DNA of 62,958 nucleotides, the filler included, from Guillardia theta CCMP2712 (Eukaryota > Protista > Cryptophyta): assembly GCF_000315625.1 (NCBI RefSeq). It is 5 parts of 4 records of this genome, joined end to end, with 100 filler letters (N's around TTAATTAATTAA, not from the genome) between each part and the next. Parts side by side here need not be neighbours in the genome. Positions count along the whole stretch, not along the records: positions 10,702 to 32,273 come from NW_005434621.1; 4 more parts are not named here. The stretch is one strand, 5' to 3'. Position 1 is the stretch's first letter; each line of letters begins with the position of its first letter. Under the pieces are notes generated by a model. That model was not told where the DNA came from. It saw nothing but the letters and a program-made list of their open reading frames with translations, and did no database searches. A program made the position numbers and the translations under genes. Shown here piece after piece: positions 12,641 through 25,227 of this stretch.

Positions 12641-13297
12641 ATGATGTCTACTTCATGCCTTCCCCTTGCTCGTCAGCCTCAGCCAGGCAAAGCTTTCTTC
12701 GACGAAGATAGCAGCAGCAACGGGCTTCTGGAGCTGCTGTGGGAACAGAACAGCACTGACGACCAGAGCGACAGCAGCGACTGCACTGATGCCTCCTTGT
12801 CTTCTGCGTCCACCCCAAAACAACAATCGAACACGAGTACTCAAGTCAGCATTCCTGTCAATATCACGTACTTGACAGCACAAGCACAAGCCAGCTACGG
12901 CAGCAGAGTTCAACCCCATTGTGCCCAGCTCAAGAAGAGAAGGGTGAACAGGCCCAAGCACAATCATTCCAAGATCGCCACAGACATCTTCAAGCAGTGG
13001 TTCTACGAGCATCTCGAGTACCCCTTCCCCAGCGATGAGCTCAAAGCTTCCTTCGCAGACCGGACGGGGCTGAGCTACACGCAAGTATCGACCTGGTTCA
13101 TCAATGCTCGCAAGCGCGTCTGGAAGCCTCTCAATCGCACGGGGTCGAGGAAAGGATCCAAGAGCGAAGTGCGTGCTGGAGTCACTGCAGAGCATCCGGA
13201 AGATGTTTCTCTGGCCGCAATGATACAAGGCGATCAAGATGCAGCCGAAATGTGCCAGGAGGATTCTTCCTTCTTCAACCTCCCCATCGACATCTGA
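12641..13297 (+). CDS. TALE-class homeodomain transcription factor (KNOX/BEL/MEIS/TGIF-like), intronless, 218 aa
   Basis: FKQWFYEHLEYPFPS...TGLSYTQVSTWFINARKRVWK: three-residue loop extension with PFP (PYP-like) and WFIN recognition helix. Confidence 0.95.
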   Translation: MMSTSCLPLARQPQPGKAFFDEDSSSNGLLELLWEQNSTDDQSDSSDCTDASLSSASTPKQQSNTSTQVSIPVNITYLTAQAQASYGSRVQPHCAQLKKRRVNRPKHNHSKIATDIFKQWFYEHLEYPFPSDELKASFADRTGLSYTQVSTWFINARKRVWKPLNRTGSRKGSKSEVRAGVTAEHPEDVSLAAMIQGDQDAAEMCQEDSSFFNLPIDI

Positions 13298-13456
13298 ACT
13301 TTCTACTCTCTGCGGAGAGTCGTCAGCTCATGCACATGACGTGTAAATTGCCACAGAAACGATACCACGATGTATGGCAAGTTGTTCTTTAAGTCTAATC
13401 TAATGATATACAATTGAATGCATTAAATCATGCGCAAAACGGCCCCGAGTCCCACT

Positions 13457-14838
13457 TTAGCTCTCTGTTTTTGGTTTCTTCAACGGAGGCTGACCTATAC
13501 ATGAGGTGAGATGAACAAGTCGGCCGAACCGAGCAGGTGTAAGGAATGCTCGAACCGTCTTCTTCCCCCTTCGAAGCAGCTTTGTCTTGAGGTTGGCTCA
13601 GGTTTCTTGGGTTCTGAGATGCTGCTGCCTACTCCAGGAAGTGAGCATCTCGACAAGAGATAATGTGGAACAAGCGACCTGTGCAAACAGCGCCCGCTGT
13701 TGCCGTACCAGTTCCTCATGACTATCATCCCATCATGGCTTGCTCATGACCTGCATAGATTTCCTTACCTCAGCCCACTGTTCAACATTGGGTTCTTGTT
13801 CATCTTGGGTTTCTTCTTGGAGATCTTTCAAGTTTTGAGTGTAGAACAACCGTGTGGTGATTAAAACCTCCTTGTGGCTTGAGAGCGCGGCGTCAAGGTC
13901 TTTCCTCCATGCGTGAAATCCCAGGCTCTCCAGTGACTGATAGGGAAAGAAATCGCTTTACGAGTATGCACAGATCCCAGGTCAGCATCACCTTCAGGAC
14001 ATGGTCTGCCCCTATGGTCGACTTCCCTTCCTTGGCACAAAGTTGCGAAGTCTCGTCGGATATCATACGCATAAATTCCATACAGCATTCCATGATCAGA
14101 TTCCTTGACGGCTTACATTCAGCGCAAAAGGTACACAGCGTCACAGATTCACCCTGTCTCACTCGAACAACGATATCCTTCAGGCAATACGTCTTTTATG
14201 GTGCGGAAAACTGTAGCTGCAGTGTTGGAAATTTTCACGATGTCAGTCACACAGGAGATCTCAAGAGAGTCACAAGAAAAACCTTTGGGTAACATAAGAT
14301 CGCCACTCTCCCGCTTGTTTCGGCTGTAGTCTGAACCGAACCGCAGCGTGTCATCAACGGAGATTGCAGAGCAGGTATGTGAGAGTATGATAGTGACATG
14401 TAGGAATGAGAAGGTAAAGGGGAGGAACGACGAAGCACGTTTCACAAAGAGCAGCGGCAACAAGCGTGAGAACAAGTCGCTGATGCGTGTTGTGTGAAGA
14501 ATGAGGGCGAGATTTCATCCTTGGCGACAGGTGCCAATGGCCATACAGATTGATGAGGGAGAAAGGAAATTGAGGCAGAGCGCAAGGAAACAGCGCAGTT
14601 CAAGATCGACAGATGATACAAAGAGAGGGGAAAACCAAGAGAAATGAGCGTGACAGATAATTTGAAGAAGTTCTGGAGTAGGAAACACCCGTAGATTCAG
14701 GCAGTTTGGTGGGGGAGATGAACAGGCTTTCCAAGGTACAAGGACTAGTCAAGCCGGGGAGGAAGGCAGGAGGACGAAGGGGCTGACAGGATAGGCCGGA
14801 TTCGTGTCGCTCAACGTACCTCCATCATCGTCGCTCAT
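13457..14838 (-). CDS. DR1: NC2-beta / Dr1 histone-fold transcription cofactor, multi-exon
   Basis: Spliced MSDDDG-DYSRNKRESGDLMLPK-ATVFRTIKDVLPEG...RNLIMECCMEFMRMISDETSQLCAKEGKSTIGADHVLK-SLESLGF...EELVRQQRALFAQ matches Dr1 hallmarks (LPKAT, CCxEF, TIxxxHV, EELxRQQxxLF). Confidence 0.9.
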
Positions 14839-15274
14839 CTGAGGAGATTCAAAAGTTCAGCTGGGAGGAAGAGAATTCATCAGAAAAGTTGCTCATGGAA
14901 TCAAACTCGATCTCCGCCTATCATCCAGCCTCCTTCAAACTCAAGGGGGAGGAGGAAGCAGCACAAGGAGAGGGAGGGAAAAGGAAGTGAAGGCACACAG
15001 AGAGGGAGGGGGTAGGACGTGGAGGCACAAGGAGAGGGAGGGGGGGGAAAGCAGGCAGCACATTGGGAGGGTGGGAGGGAGGAGGCAGCACCGAGAGGGA
15101 GGGAGGAGGTGGTGGAGGCACAAGGAGAGGGAGGCAGGAGGAGGAGGCAGCACAAGGAGATGGAAGAGGAGGAGGAGGAGGAGGAGGAGGAGGAGGAAGA
15201 GGAGGGGGCGATGTGATCATGGGGACTGGACGTCAGATGAGGAAGCGGATTCGGCAGCGCCATTAGAGCATTTG

Positions 15275-15820
15275 ATGTAACGGCATGTAACGTCATGTAA
15301 CGTATATATCTAAACGGCGGGCCCCGGCGGGCCCAGGGCCGGATCGGACTGTTGAGTAAACTTGAGACTGCGGCAGAGCTGTCCGAACGGCACCGGTACG
15401 TCGGCGAGCGTACCTTCGAAAATCAATAGGGTACGGGTACTTTTGAATGTGATCAGAGGGGGTGATGCTCAGTGTTCGGATGTCATGGGGGGTGGGGTAG
15501 TAATAGTGAGCCCTGTAACGTCCTGAACTTGAGTCACCCCCACCCCTGCTTTGCACCTTTGAACCTCCGTACCCCAACCCTCAATTTTACTTGCACAGTG
15601 CCTACTACCCATACTATTCCAGTTATTTAACCCCCTGTGAGAGTCCACTTGACGGACCCCTACCCATCTTTCCAGTGACCCTACCCAACAACTCCGTTTC
15701 TGTTTGGCTCATACCCTACCCTCTATGCTATATAGACTACCTAGGGAATAAGAACCGGTGGTGGTCCTTGACTCGCCCGTCCTCATGTGCAAATGAGGGT
15801 TTTTATGTGGCCAACGGGAG
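15275..15820. promoter_or_regulatory. Divergent intergenic block: ATGTAACG x3 at 10-bp period, CCGG-rich then GGGGT/ACCCC-rich
   Basis: ATGTAACG at 15275, 15285, 15295; TGAGTCA at ~15530; CCTCAT-n6-ATGAGG at 15781-15798. Confidence 0.4.
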
Positions 15821-16151
15821 TAGATGAACGAGGAGGAGAGAACAGGGAGAGCCTCGGAACTTGAAGAGGGAGGAAGCGATCTGCCTGCTGCCTGCTCTGG
15901 GTATGGCAATCCAGCTCTGTGCTTCATGGTGGTTTGGATTGCAAGTGAGATAGGAGACAGAGTGAGCGCAGGACAAGTACCAGGATTGATGAGTGATTTA
16001 GAGCAGCAGAAACGAGGGAGGAGAGTCTAAGAGGAGGAGGAGGAGGATGGAAAATGAACTCAAGAGGTCTGCAAGAACGGACTAAGATGATAAGACCTTT
16101 GCGTGGAGACATATTTGAGGTGTCGAATGGTGACCCCCGTTTCTGAATTCT

Positions 16152-19130
16152 ATGTCTTGCAGGCCCTCAGTGATATGCAACGCTCATGGCGGCTTGAACA
16201 TCAGTGAACCCCCACTTGTCATGAGCCCACCACAACCTCCAGAGATCTCCGGGATTGAGCTTTGCTCTGGACAAAGTTCAAATTGTGATTTAATGAGTGA
16301 TGCTGAAGCGTTGAGTAGTGCTGACAACATGATTGAAAGCAAAGATCAGATGAGCGAGCGATCTAGCGCTTGTTCTCTTCTGCATGATATGATTACACAG
16401 CATTCCATCGCTTCGAGCTCAGCAACAGCCGGTGACGACATGGAGGGTCAAGATCCCCCCCCGAGGCTGTGTGATGAATCTCCATCGACTGATTCGTGCA
16501 AGAGTGAAGAAGGAACAAAGCTGCATGCCTGCAAGGGGCCGCTCTTGAACCGCCAGATGCTGCTAATGAGAGTCGAACCTTGGAGCAGAGCCCTGGTTCC
16601 CTTCTTTCAGTTGAATCCCCATACCAATACGAAGACAGCAGCGACGTGATCGGAAACGCTGACTACCCAGTGAAAGCTCTCCTACTCGATGCCGAGTCAG
16701 AGCAGCATGAGGTAGATGATTCCAAATCGTCATGCATGGCGGGAGTGACTGGGAAGATACTTGACGATGAACAACATGGCTCTCCACCAGGAGATGAACG
16801 AGAGCTAGACGAAAGCATCCAAGGTGAAGTCGAAAATGATTCCTCAGGCTCCTTGGTTGAGGAGAGCAGCGTCCGTGAACGGAAGGATTCCACAGCAGGG
16901 ATCTTGATGCGAGTGAGGAGGTCGAGACGGTCGAGACGAGGAGTCAAGATCACCCCGAAGCGAGTGAGGGATGAGAGGAGGGGAGCGAAGGCAGGGAGAC
17001 AAAACAAGGATGAAGGCCAGGTTGGGCCAAGAGACGCTCTTCTGAATTCTTCTCCTTTGGATGATGCGCAAGTTGCTGGGGTGATTGAGGTGAACGAGGA
17101 AAACTCTCGTCATCCGCCTGCATGGCGAAACATTTTCAGAAGGATGCGGCCGATGAAACTCTGGCGAACGTTACTCCTCTGCATCGGACACCCGATACGG
17201 CAGGGGATGAAATTCGAGATGTCAAGGGAATAGCGATGGCTGCAGGACTCGATGAGAAGGATCAGTCGTCTGTTCCGCCCGAAGAGCGAACTGAGGATGA
17301 CGAGGATGGTTCCGATCGGAGCCTGTACACTACCATCGGACGCTTGGAACAGACTGCTAGTTTAGGAGGCGAGCAGCTGCCGGGGAATGGCAGCGCTGAA
17401 ATATCATCGGAGGATCAAGTGAACGAGGTCGACGATGGAAGGCGCCAGAGACAAGAGACTGTGGAGGTGAAGGAGGACGAGAAACAAGTTCAGGCGAATT
17501 TGGAAGGGGAGGAGGAGGAGGAGGAGGAGGAGAAGGAGGAGGAGGAGGTAGAGGTGAAGGAGAAGGAGGAGGAAGAGGAGGAGGTAGAGGTGAAGGAGAA
17601 GGAGGAGGAGGAGGAGGTAGAGGTGAAGGAGAAGGAGGAGGAGGAGGAGGAGGTAGAGGTGAAGGAGGAGGAGGAGGAGGTAGAGGTGAAGGAGATGGAG
17701 GAGGAGGAAGAGGAGGAGGTAGAGGTGAAGGAGATGGAAGGAGAAAGAGGAGAAGGGGGAGGAAAGAGGTGGGAGGTAAAGCAGCTGATCGGACTCGGGC
17801 GTATCCGNNNNNNNNNNNNNNNNNNNNNNNNNNNNNNNNNNNNNNNNNNNNNNNNNNNNNNNNNNNNNNNNNNNNNNNNNNNNNNNNNNNNNNNNNNNNN
17901 NNNNNNNNNNNNNNNNNNNNNNNNNNNNNNNNNNNNNNNNNNNNNNNNNNNNNNNNNNNNNNNNNNNNNNNNNNNNNNNNNNNNNNNNNNNNNNNNNNNN
18001 NNNNNNNNNNNNNNNNNNNNNNNNNNNNNNNNNNNNNNNNNNNNNNNNNNNNNNNNNNNNNNNNNNNNNNNNNNNNNNNNNNNNNNNNNNNNNNNNNNNN
18101 NNNNNNNNNNNNNNNNNNNNGGTGAACAGCTGAGGGAGGAGGCAGAAACTGAAATGGAGCAAGAGGAGGAGGAGCAAGAGGAGGAGCAGAAGCAGGAGCA
18201 GGAGCAGGAGCAGGAGCAGGTGCAGGAGCAGGAGCAGGAGCAAGAGGAGGAGCAGGAGCAGGAGCAGGAGGAGCAGGAGGCGGCGGAAGTGGCAGCAGAG
18301 TGTAGTGAGGGGACGCAGAAGTTTCAAGACGAGGAAGCTGCAGCAACCCATGAGGAGCATTCAGGCGCGGACGGAGCTCCACTGATCCAAAAGGACCCGA
18401 ATGAAGGAGATGAGGAGGATGGGGAGGCGGAGGAACAGAAACGGGAGCAGGAGCAGGAGCAGGAGCAAAAGAGACGAGCATCATCAGGCTCATCTACATT
18501 GCAAGATGCTGTAAAGCAGAGCCCACCAGTCGAGAAAACGAACGAATGGAAGACGGAGGAAGAGGACGAGGACGAAGAGGAAGCGATCCGTCAAGCCGAG
18601 CAGGTGAGCTCCTGGTGAACTCGCAACTGGACTGACGAGGAGGCAGGAGGAGATGATGAGGCGGTTGCAGCAGATCGCCGTCATGGAGCTGCGAAGGACT
18701 TTAGGCTTGCGGTACCTTAGATTCAAAGGTTCCCCTCCTTCTGACCACCTCTCCAGCTCCTGCTCCTCCTCTTCCATTTATCTGTGGAGCACAAGGCCTG
18801 TCTCCCACTCCACGTCAGGTGCTGCTTCCTCCTCCCCATGCCTTGCGACCTCCTCGGTCAGCCTGACCCGCGGGCGCCAGCAGGAGAGATCCGGCTGATG
18901 GACAAGTCGAAGAAGAAGGTCAGAGGAAGAGAGGAGGAGGAGGGGAGGAGGAGGGGAGGAAGGGAGGAGGAGATGACAGGAGATGACAGGAGAGAGAGGA
19001 GGGGGGGAGGGGAGGAGGGGAGGGGAGAAGAGAGGATAGGAGAGGAAGCGAGGAGGAGACTAAGGGGCTCATGCTCATGGGCAGTCGGCGGCAAGAAAAT
19101 CTTCGAAGAAGGCGGAGAAGCGGAGCCAAC
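16152..19130 (+). CDS. Large acidic low-complexity hypothetical protein (E/Q-rich), spans an N gap
   Basis: Overlapping ORFs 16152-16649, 16580-17233 and 17122-18618 are probably joined by short introns; further exons 18648-19130. No family recognised; both ends uncertain. Confidence 0.45.
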
Positions 19131-19208
19131 GAAGGTGATTCCTTTGAAACCATCCGCAAGCGTCTCAGCCTCATCTTCCCATCTGGTCGTCATAATCGCT
19201 ATGATTGA

Positions 19209-19242
<34 letters not shown>

Positions 19243-19308
19243 AGAGATAATGGAGATGGAGATGATGAAGACAATGAAGAATAGGAAGAAGAAGAAGGAA
19301 GACGAAAA

Positions 19309-19363
19309 AGATGATGATGATGATGATGATGATGATGTCGACGACGACGACGACGACGACGAC

Positions 19364-19405
<42 letters not shown>

Positions 19406-19433
19406 AATGATGATGATGATGATGATGATGATA

Positions 19434-19474
<41 letters not shown>

Positions 19475-19475
19475 A
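19309..19475 (+). repeat. (GAT/GAC)n microsatellite
   Basis: Tandem trinucleotide array; similar tracts at 20539-20670, 32110-32245 and 34569-34750. Confidence 0.95.
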
Positions 19476-19983
19476 TTCGAATCAACCACCAGCACAAGTA
19501 CAGCAGTAGCATCGACCACCGCTGCTTCTTGCTTTCCCTTCTCCCTTCTCAGTCAGGCTTCAGGTCCAACATGATTCACTCAAACTTCGTCATCAGCTGT
19601 GAAGATCAGGAGAATCAAAGTGAGACGAATATGCAGATCAGTGTTCTCCTGCTGACTCCTCTTCCTTTCTGCCCCTCTCTACCTTTTTCTCCTCTTCCTC
19701 TCTACCCCCTTCTTCTTTTCCTTTTTTCATTCTTTCCTCGTACGCTCTGTTCCTCCTCTTTCCCGCTCTCCCTCTCCAGGTCAACTCGTTTCCGTGCATG
19801 GCGACAAATTCATCTGGGACCCTTCGGGGCCTCTCAAGTACCCGGACGATGCGTGAGGAGGAGGACGAGCAGGAGGAGGAGGAGGAGGAGGAGGTTGTGG
19901 TTGTGGTGGTGGAGTGTGTAGTTTACGATTACTGTACAATGAGGATAATCACAGACAGTCAAAAGCAGGTGCAGAGCATGCGA

Positions 19984-20535
19984 TCAGTTGGAAATTCCTG
20001 CTCACATCAAGTCACAAAGGAGGAGGGGGGCGGGACGGGAAACGAAACTGGGGGGAGATGATGGGGGAAGAGGAGGAGGAGGAGGAGGAGGAGGAGGAGG
20101 AGGAGGAGGAGGAGGAGGAGGAGGAAGAGGAGGAGGAGGAGGAGGAGGAGGAGGAGGAGACCTTGAAGGAACGCTTCCCTCTTCTCACTCGTGATGAAGG
20201 TCATGAAACGCCTTCCACGTCGTCAAGCTGGGCGGGAGCTGGAGAAAACCTCACCTGACTCTCCTGTGGCTGCTGGAAGCGTCGGCTTCCTCAATCCAGT
20301 AGATGTTGCTCGCATTCCTCCGGTCAGCCTCCGACATCTCCTTGTCCTGCGGTACCGCTGCGGGTGAGCTGGGGGCATCCGCGAGCTGAGAAAACTCACC
20401 AGGTTGGTAATAATTCTTGCTCGCACGAGGCTCCACTGCGTCTTCGCTCCCTGGACAGATTGTCAGTGTCACTCCTCAGCCCCTCTCCCCCCGTCTCGTA
20501 GTTGTCTGCATTGTTGTGGTTGGAGTTGTCGTGCC

Positions 20536-20587
<52 letters not shown>

Positions 20588-23500
20588 TCCATCTTCATAA
20601 TATCCCTCATCCTCATCCTCATCCTCATCCTCACTATCACCATCACCATCGTCGTCTTCATCATCATCATCTCCTGCTCCTGCTAACTTCACCTGGTTGA
20701 TACCCTCGTACGTCGACGACATCATGGCGATGAGCAGATTGATGAGCACGATTGACACCAGGAAGAAGTTGAGAAGGACGATGAACAGGATGAGGATGCG
20801 GTTCCCATACGACAAGTGCATCCTCTTGGTCTTGTCCCGCACCAGCTCCAACCCCTCGATGTCAAGGTCCACCTGCTCCAGCGCCGCGTTGAACCCGATC
20901 ATCATGGACGAGAAGAAGTTGGTCAGCCCGGAGTTCTGCAGGTCCAGCATGACGTAGAGGAGCTGGGAGAAGCCGATGAGGAAGATGGAGTAGATGATCA
21001 GGAACTTGCGGGTGTCGTGCTTGAGCATCTGGATGATAATAAGCACAAAGTGGCCGTACTCGGGGAACCCCATCATGCCCCGGAACAGGTTCAGCGATGA
21101 GAGGATGCTCTGCAGGATCAGCAGGAACTTCTCCAGCTGGGAGGACAGCTCCCACGAGAACTGTCGGCAGTTGGCACGCATGTGCAGCCCTAGGACGAAG
21201 AGGGGAACGTGCCCTGGCTCCCTTGAGAAGCACTTCCTCCATCGCAGAAACACGATGACCATGGCAATGGGAGTCGTTAGCAGCGCGTACACGCGATCGA
21301 ACAGGTGAGCGCGGTTGGTGTTGAAGTACGCCGTCCTCCCCTGCCCCAGCAGCCTCGTCAGCTCCCTCCCGAACTTGTCCATGTAGAGCATGACGCTGAG
21401 GAGCTCGACGAACGTCAGCCAGAGGTTCCAGGAGGAGGAGGAGCCGGGTTCTGTTGTTGAGAGGATCATGAGGAGGAGCCCGAAGCCGACGCCCAGCCAG
21501 AACTTGGACCGGAACTTCTGCTTGGCGTACCTCTTCCACTTCTGGTCCAGCACCTTCTTCAGCTCCCCGCTTTCGAGGATGTCAAGTCGCTGGCAGGAGA
21601 CGACCACTTCTAACACGCTCAACTCCTCTTGGTGTTCCTTCTCCTCCAGTCCCTCCAGCGGCACGTCGACCCCCTTGAGGTAGAGTCTTCTGCAGGTCAC
21701 TGGCCCGTAGACCCACTCGGTCGTCATGAGCTTGTCCAGCAGGTGGTTGAAGATCTTGAGCGACCCACGGGCTGCGGACAGGGAAAGGGGAGTGTGATGT
21801 TCGCGATAGCAGCGCTGATTGCTGAGCGTCTCGTAGATCCCCTCCCTCCTCATCAGCTCCTCGATGTGGTCGTACATGTCACAGCACCAGCTGCTAGACT
21901 CCTCCTCCTGCTGTCCTCCTGCCTCAAACTCCCCTCCCCACTCCTGCTGGGACTCCCCTGTGCCCTCCGTCCTCCTCGAGGAGTGTAGCACCATCAGATG
22001 CAGGAGGTTGTATCCTTCGCTCGTCTTCATCTCCAACGACGCTCCTTGCGAGACCAAGTAGTCGAACACGCCCCTCTGGTTGGTGCAGGCAGCGAAGGCC
22101 AGGGGGAACTCGCCGTAGTTGCAGCAGCCATCGGAGAGCTTCGGATCCTTGAAGAAGCTGAGCGATGAGAACAATCGTCAGCAAGCATCCTCAATTTTCC
22201 TTGACCCCCCCCACTTCCACAGCCTCCTCCTCCTCCTTACCTTCCAACAGCCTGCTGGTTCAGTAGCACTTTCCCTTCGTCACTCTCCACAAACTTCCTG
22301 ATGATGCTCATGTCCAGCTTGCGCACTATGGCGATATGTAGGACATTCTCACCCCTTCCAACAAAGTCAGCCCCTTCCTCCCTCCCCCTTCCCCCCTCCC
22401 GTCCTCTTCTCCTCTCTCCTCTTTTCCCCTGTCTCCCCTCCCTCGCCTCTCCCATGACTTTCTTTTCGTTCCCTTCCCCTGCCTCCCTTTCTTCCCCTCT
22501 ATTCATCCTCTTCATTTTCCTACTCTCCTTTCACTCCCCTCCTTCTTTCCCTCCCCTACTTACCCCTAACCCCTTCCCCATTCCTCTCTCCCCCTCTGCC
22601 CGTCTCCCCCTTACCACTTTCCCCCTCCTGCGTACCCTCCCCCTCTTACTTGTATAGGTTCCCCTCGTAGACTGCTGTCCGCAGCTCGGGGTAATTGTCC
22701 CACAGCTGATGCATCAGCCTGTTGTGCTCCTTTGAGGAGTTAAACAAGACGGCGAGGTGCAAAGGAGTCTCTCCTGTAAATTCCTCTCAGCACAGGTTCG
22801 CTCCCTCCAACTCCATTCCCTCCTTTTTCTCCCCAACGACCTCCTGTGGATCTCCTTGCAACCTTCCCACCGCCTCCCTTCTCCCTCCCTCCCCTCTCCC
22901 TCCCTTCCGTCTTTCCTCGAATCTTTCAGTAACTTTGACAATTCTTTCCATTCGTTTCCTCCAGATCATTCTTCAGTCCTACTCACCCATAATTCCCCGT
23001 CGTTCTCCAGTCATCCAATCCACCGTCTTTGAATTTTTGCTTCATCGCCAACGTCAGTCTCTTCCCCTCCTTCTCGCCCCTCCCCCTCATCTTGCTTCCT
23101 CTTCTTCCTCCTCTTCGCTCCTCTTCCTCCTTACCTCGTTGCCATCCTCCAGCTCTTCTGTCCCTGCTCTGTGTGCGCGTAAGTCACTGCATTCCAAATT
23201 GTTCCCGGGATTGTAGAAAGCAGAGCCTGACCAATCATCAGAAATGAACAAGACGAAAGGAAAGGAAGGATGCCGAGAGAAATCGAGGAGAGGTTGAATA
23301 TGGAGAGACGTGGAAAGGAACGAGGAGGAGGGGGAAGAGGAGGAAGGGAAAGAGGAAGAGGAGGAGGGGGAAGAGGAGGAAGGGAAAGAGGAAGAGGAGG
23401 GGAAGAGGAGGAAGGGGAGAGGAGGAAGAAGGCAGAAGACAAAGGAAAGGGTGAGGAGGAGCGAACCTGGTGTGCGTTGTCCTTGTTCGCCTCAGCTTCC

Positions 23501-24668
23501 AGCATTCTTACAGGCTGCTGGGACCCAGGCTGGGCAGGTAGAGTCAACAAAGGGTCGGCGGGGGTAGCCGATGGATGAGACAAACGTGAAGACAGCAAGC
23601 AGGAAGAGGCGCTAGCAGAGCGATGTCATGGCAGATAGGAAGAGAGCAGTCAGGAAGCAGACAGCAGCCGGGCAGGTGTCGGGGCAGGAGCGGGTGGGAT
23701 GACCGGAGGAAAGAACGGGAGGGCAAAACTCACCATCTTCTTGAGGAGGCTCAGCCACTTCCTGCTCACAAACCCTCTCCTCGGACTGATCCCTCCAGCC
23801 GCCGAGCTCGAGCTGAAGTGCGTCTTGCTGCCTTGCAATCCTGAAGTCCATCCTTTACGCTCGCCGGTGATGGAGGAGGGATACCTGGCAAGGATATGCC
23901 CGCTCTGGCTATCAACGCATCTCCGGAAGAGAAGGCGCTGGAGAAGTAGGGAATGACTGGCAACCAGACTCCGAGCAAGTAACTCACCTTGAGCTGACTT
24001 TATCCTTCAACTTCCTCCACCCTGCACACGCTTTGAGCTCGTGGCTTGACAAGTCAGGATGTGCTCTGCCTGATGACGACTCTTTGACGTCTTGTTCCAC
24101 CGATGGCGGCAAGGCCTTCGCCCTTCCTCCTTCGTTCGCCTGCATGCCAGTGAAACTCAACGATCCTGAACTGGCAGGAAGCAGTACAGGATCGATCTCT
24201 GAAAGACTGCGAGGCTCGACTTTGGCTCCTGCATCCCCTTCTACCATCACAGCTCGTCAAGGCACGGCTCGATGCAGAGATGTAGCCGTCACCTTGCTCC
24301 CCCCGTCGGGTCTTCCGTCTGGACGCTGGTCTGTCTGGAGGAGGAGCCCCGTCGTTCAGAGGCCTTCTCTTGGGCATGCTGGCGATCCTTTCAGTGCGGT
24401 GTTACCATCCCCTGCACGCTACCGCACGTCGTTAGAGTGAGAAATAGCCCATGTGTGAAATGCTCATGGAGGAGAAGCAGGAGCATTCAGGTATTCGTGG
24501 ATGCCTATATCTCTGCCTACTATCCCATGGCATGTAGAACTTTCTGTGAAATTCCGTTTCTTGACGCTCCACTCCTGTATCCCTGTCCTCGCTCTCCTCG
24601 CTCTCCTCGCTCTCCTCAGCACTCTCTTTCCCCCCATCTCTCGCAATCGCCTCATCCCCTTCATCCAT
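19984..24668 (-). CDS. TRPV-type ankyrin-repeat cation channel, multi-exon
   Basis: Ankyrin motifs GETPLHLAV, GENVLHIAIV, YGEFPLAFAACTNQ, GYNLLHLMVLH, TPLSLSAARG; linker EWVYGPV; pre-S1 LDQKWKRYA; six hydrophobic segments; S6 INLLIAMMSSTY; spliced TRP helix GAKTQWSLVRARIITNL. N-terminus uncertain. Confidence 0.92.
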
Positions 24669-25162
24669 CCCATCTTACCCATCTCTCTCCTCGTCGTCTG
24701 ACTCGACTTCCTGTGCTTCTTGCGTGCCCCCGCAGGGATATCCTGCCTCCTTCCAACCGCTTCAAACGTTCTCCACTCTTAACCCAGTTTTCAACATCCA
24801 TATCCTCTCTTCTCCTCAACCCAACTCATCAAATCCCTCCTCCTCCCCCTGCACCTCCTCTCTCCTCTCTCCTCCCCTCCTCCGTCCTCCCTCGCCTCCC
24901 TCTCCGCTCTCTGCCTGATCACGGATTGATGTATCCGACGAACGGCAAACAAATAAAGGCGGAAATTGCTACCCCACAAGACCTAAGAGGGCATAAATGA
25001 TAGATTTGATAGGGGTGGTAAGTGTACTCTGAAGAACTGTCGGATTATTAGTTCCACCGAGTTATCCCGAGTTGAGATGAAATCTACCTCGGGCAGGACA
25101 AAATATCCGATGATTGGATTCGAATTGAATCGATACAGCATCCGGGTCCGCCCCGGTTGAAT

Positions 25163-25209
25163 GAGGGTATCCGGGAGGGTATCCGGGAGGGTATCCGGGA
25201 GGGTATCCG
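25163..25209 (+). repeat. 12-bp tandem repeat (GAGGGTATCCGG) x4 just upstream of an ATG
   Basis: Units at 25163, 25175, 25187 and 25199 (last one 11/12). Confidence 0.9.
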
Positions 25210-25227
25210 TGACAGTGCCTCTTGACA

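Noticed and set aside
12641-14838. TALE homeobox plus NC2-beta as a mating-type locus
   Set aside because: Adjacency alone; no partner homeobox, and linkers prevent synteny inference.
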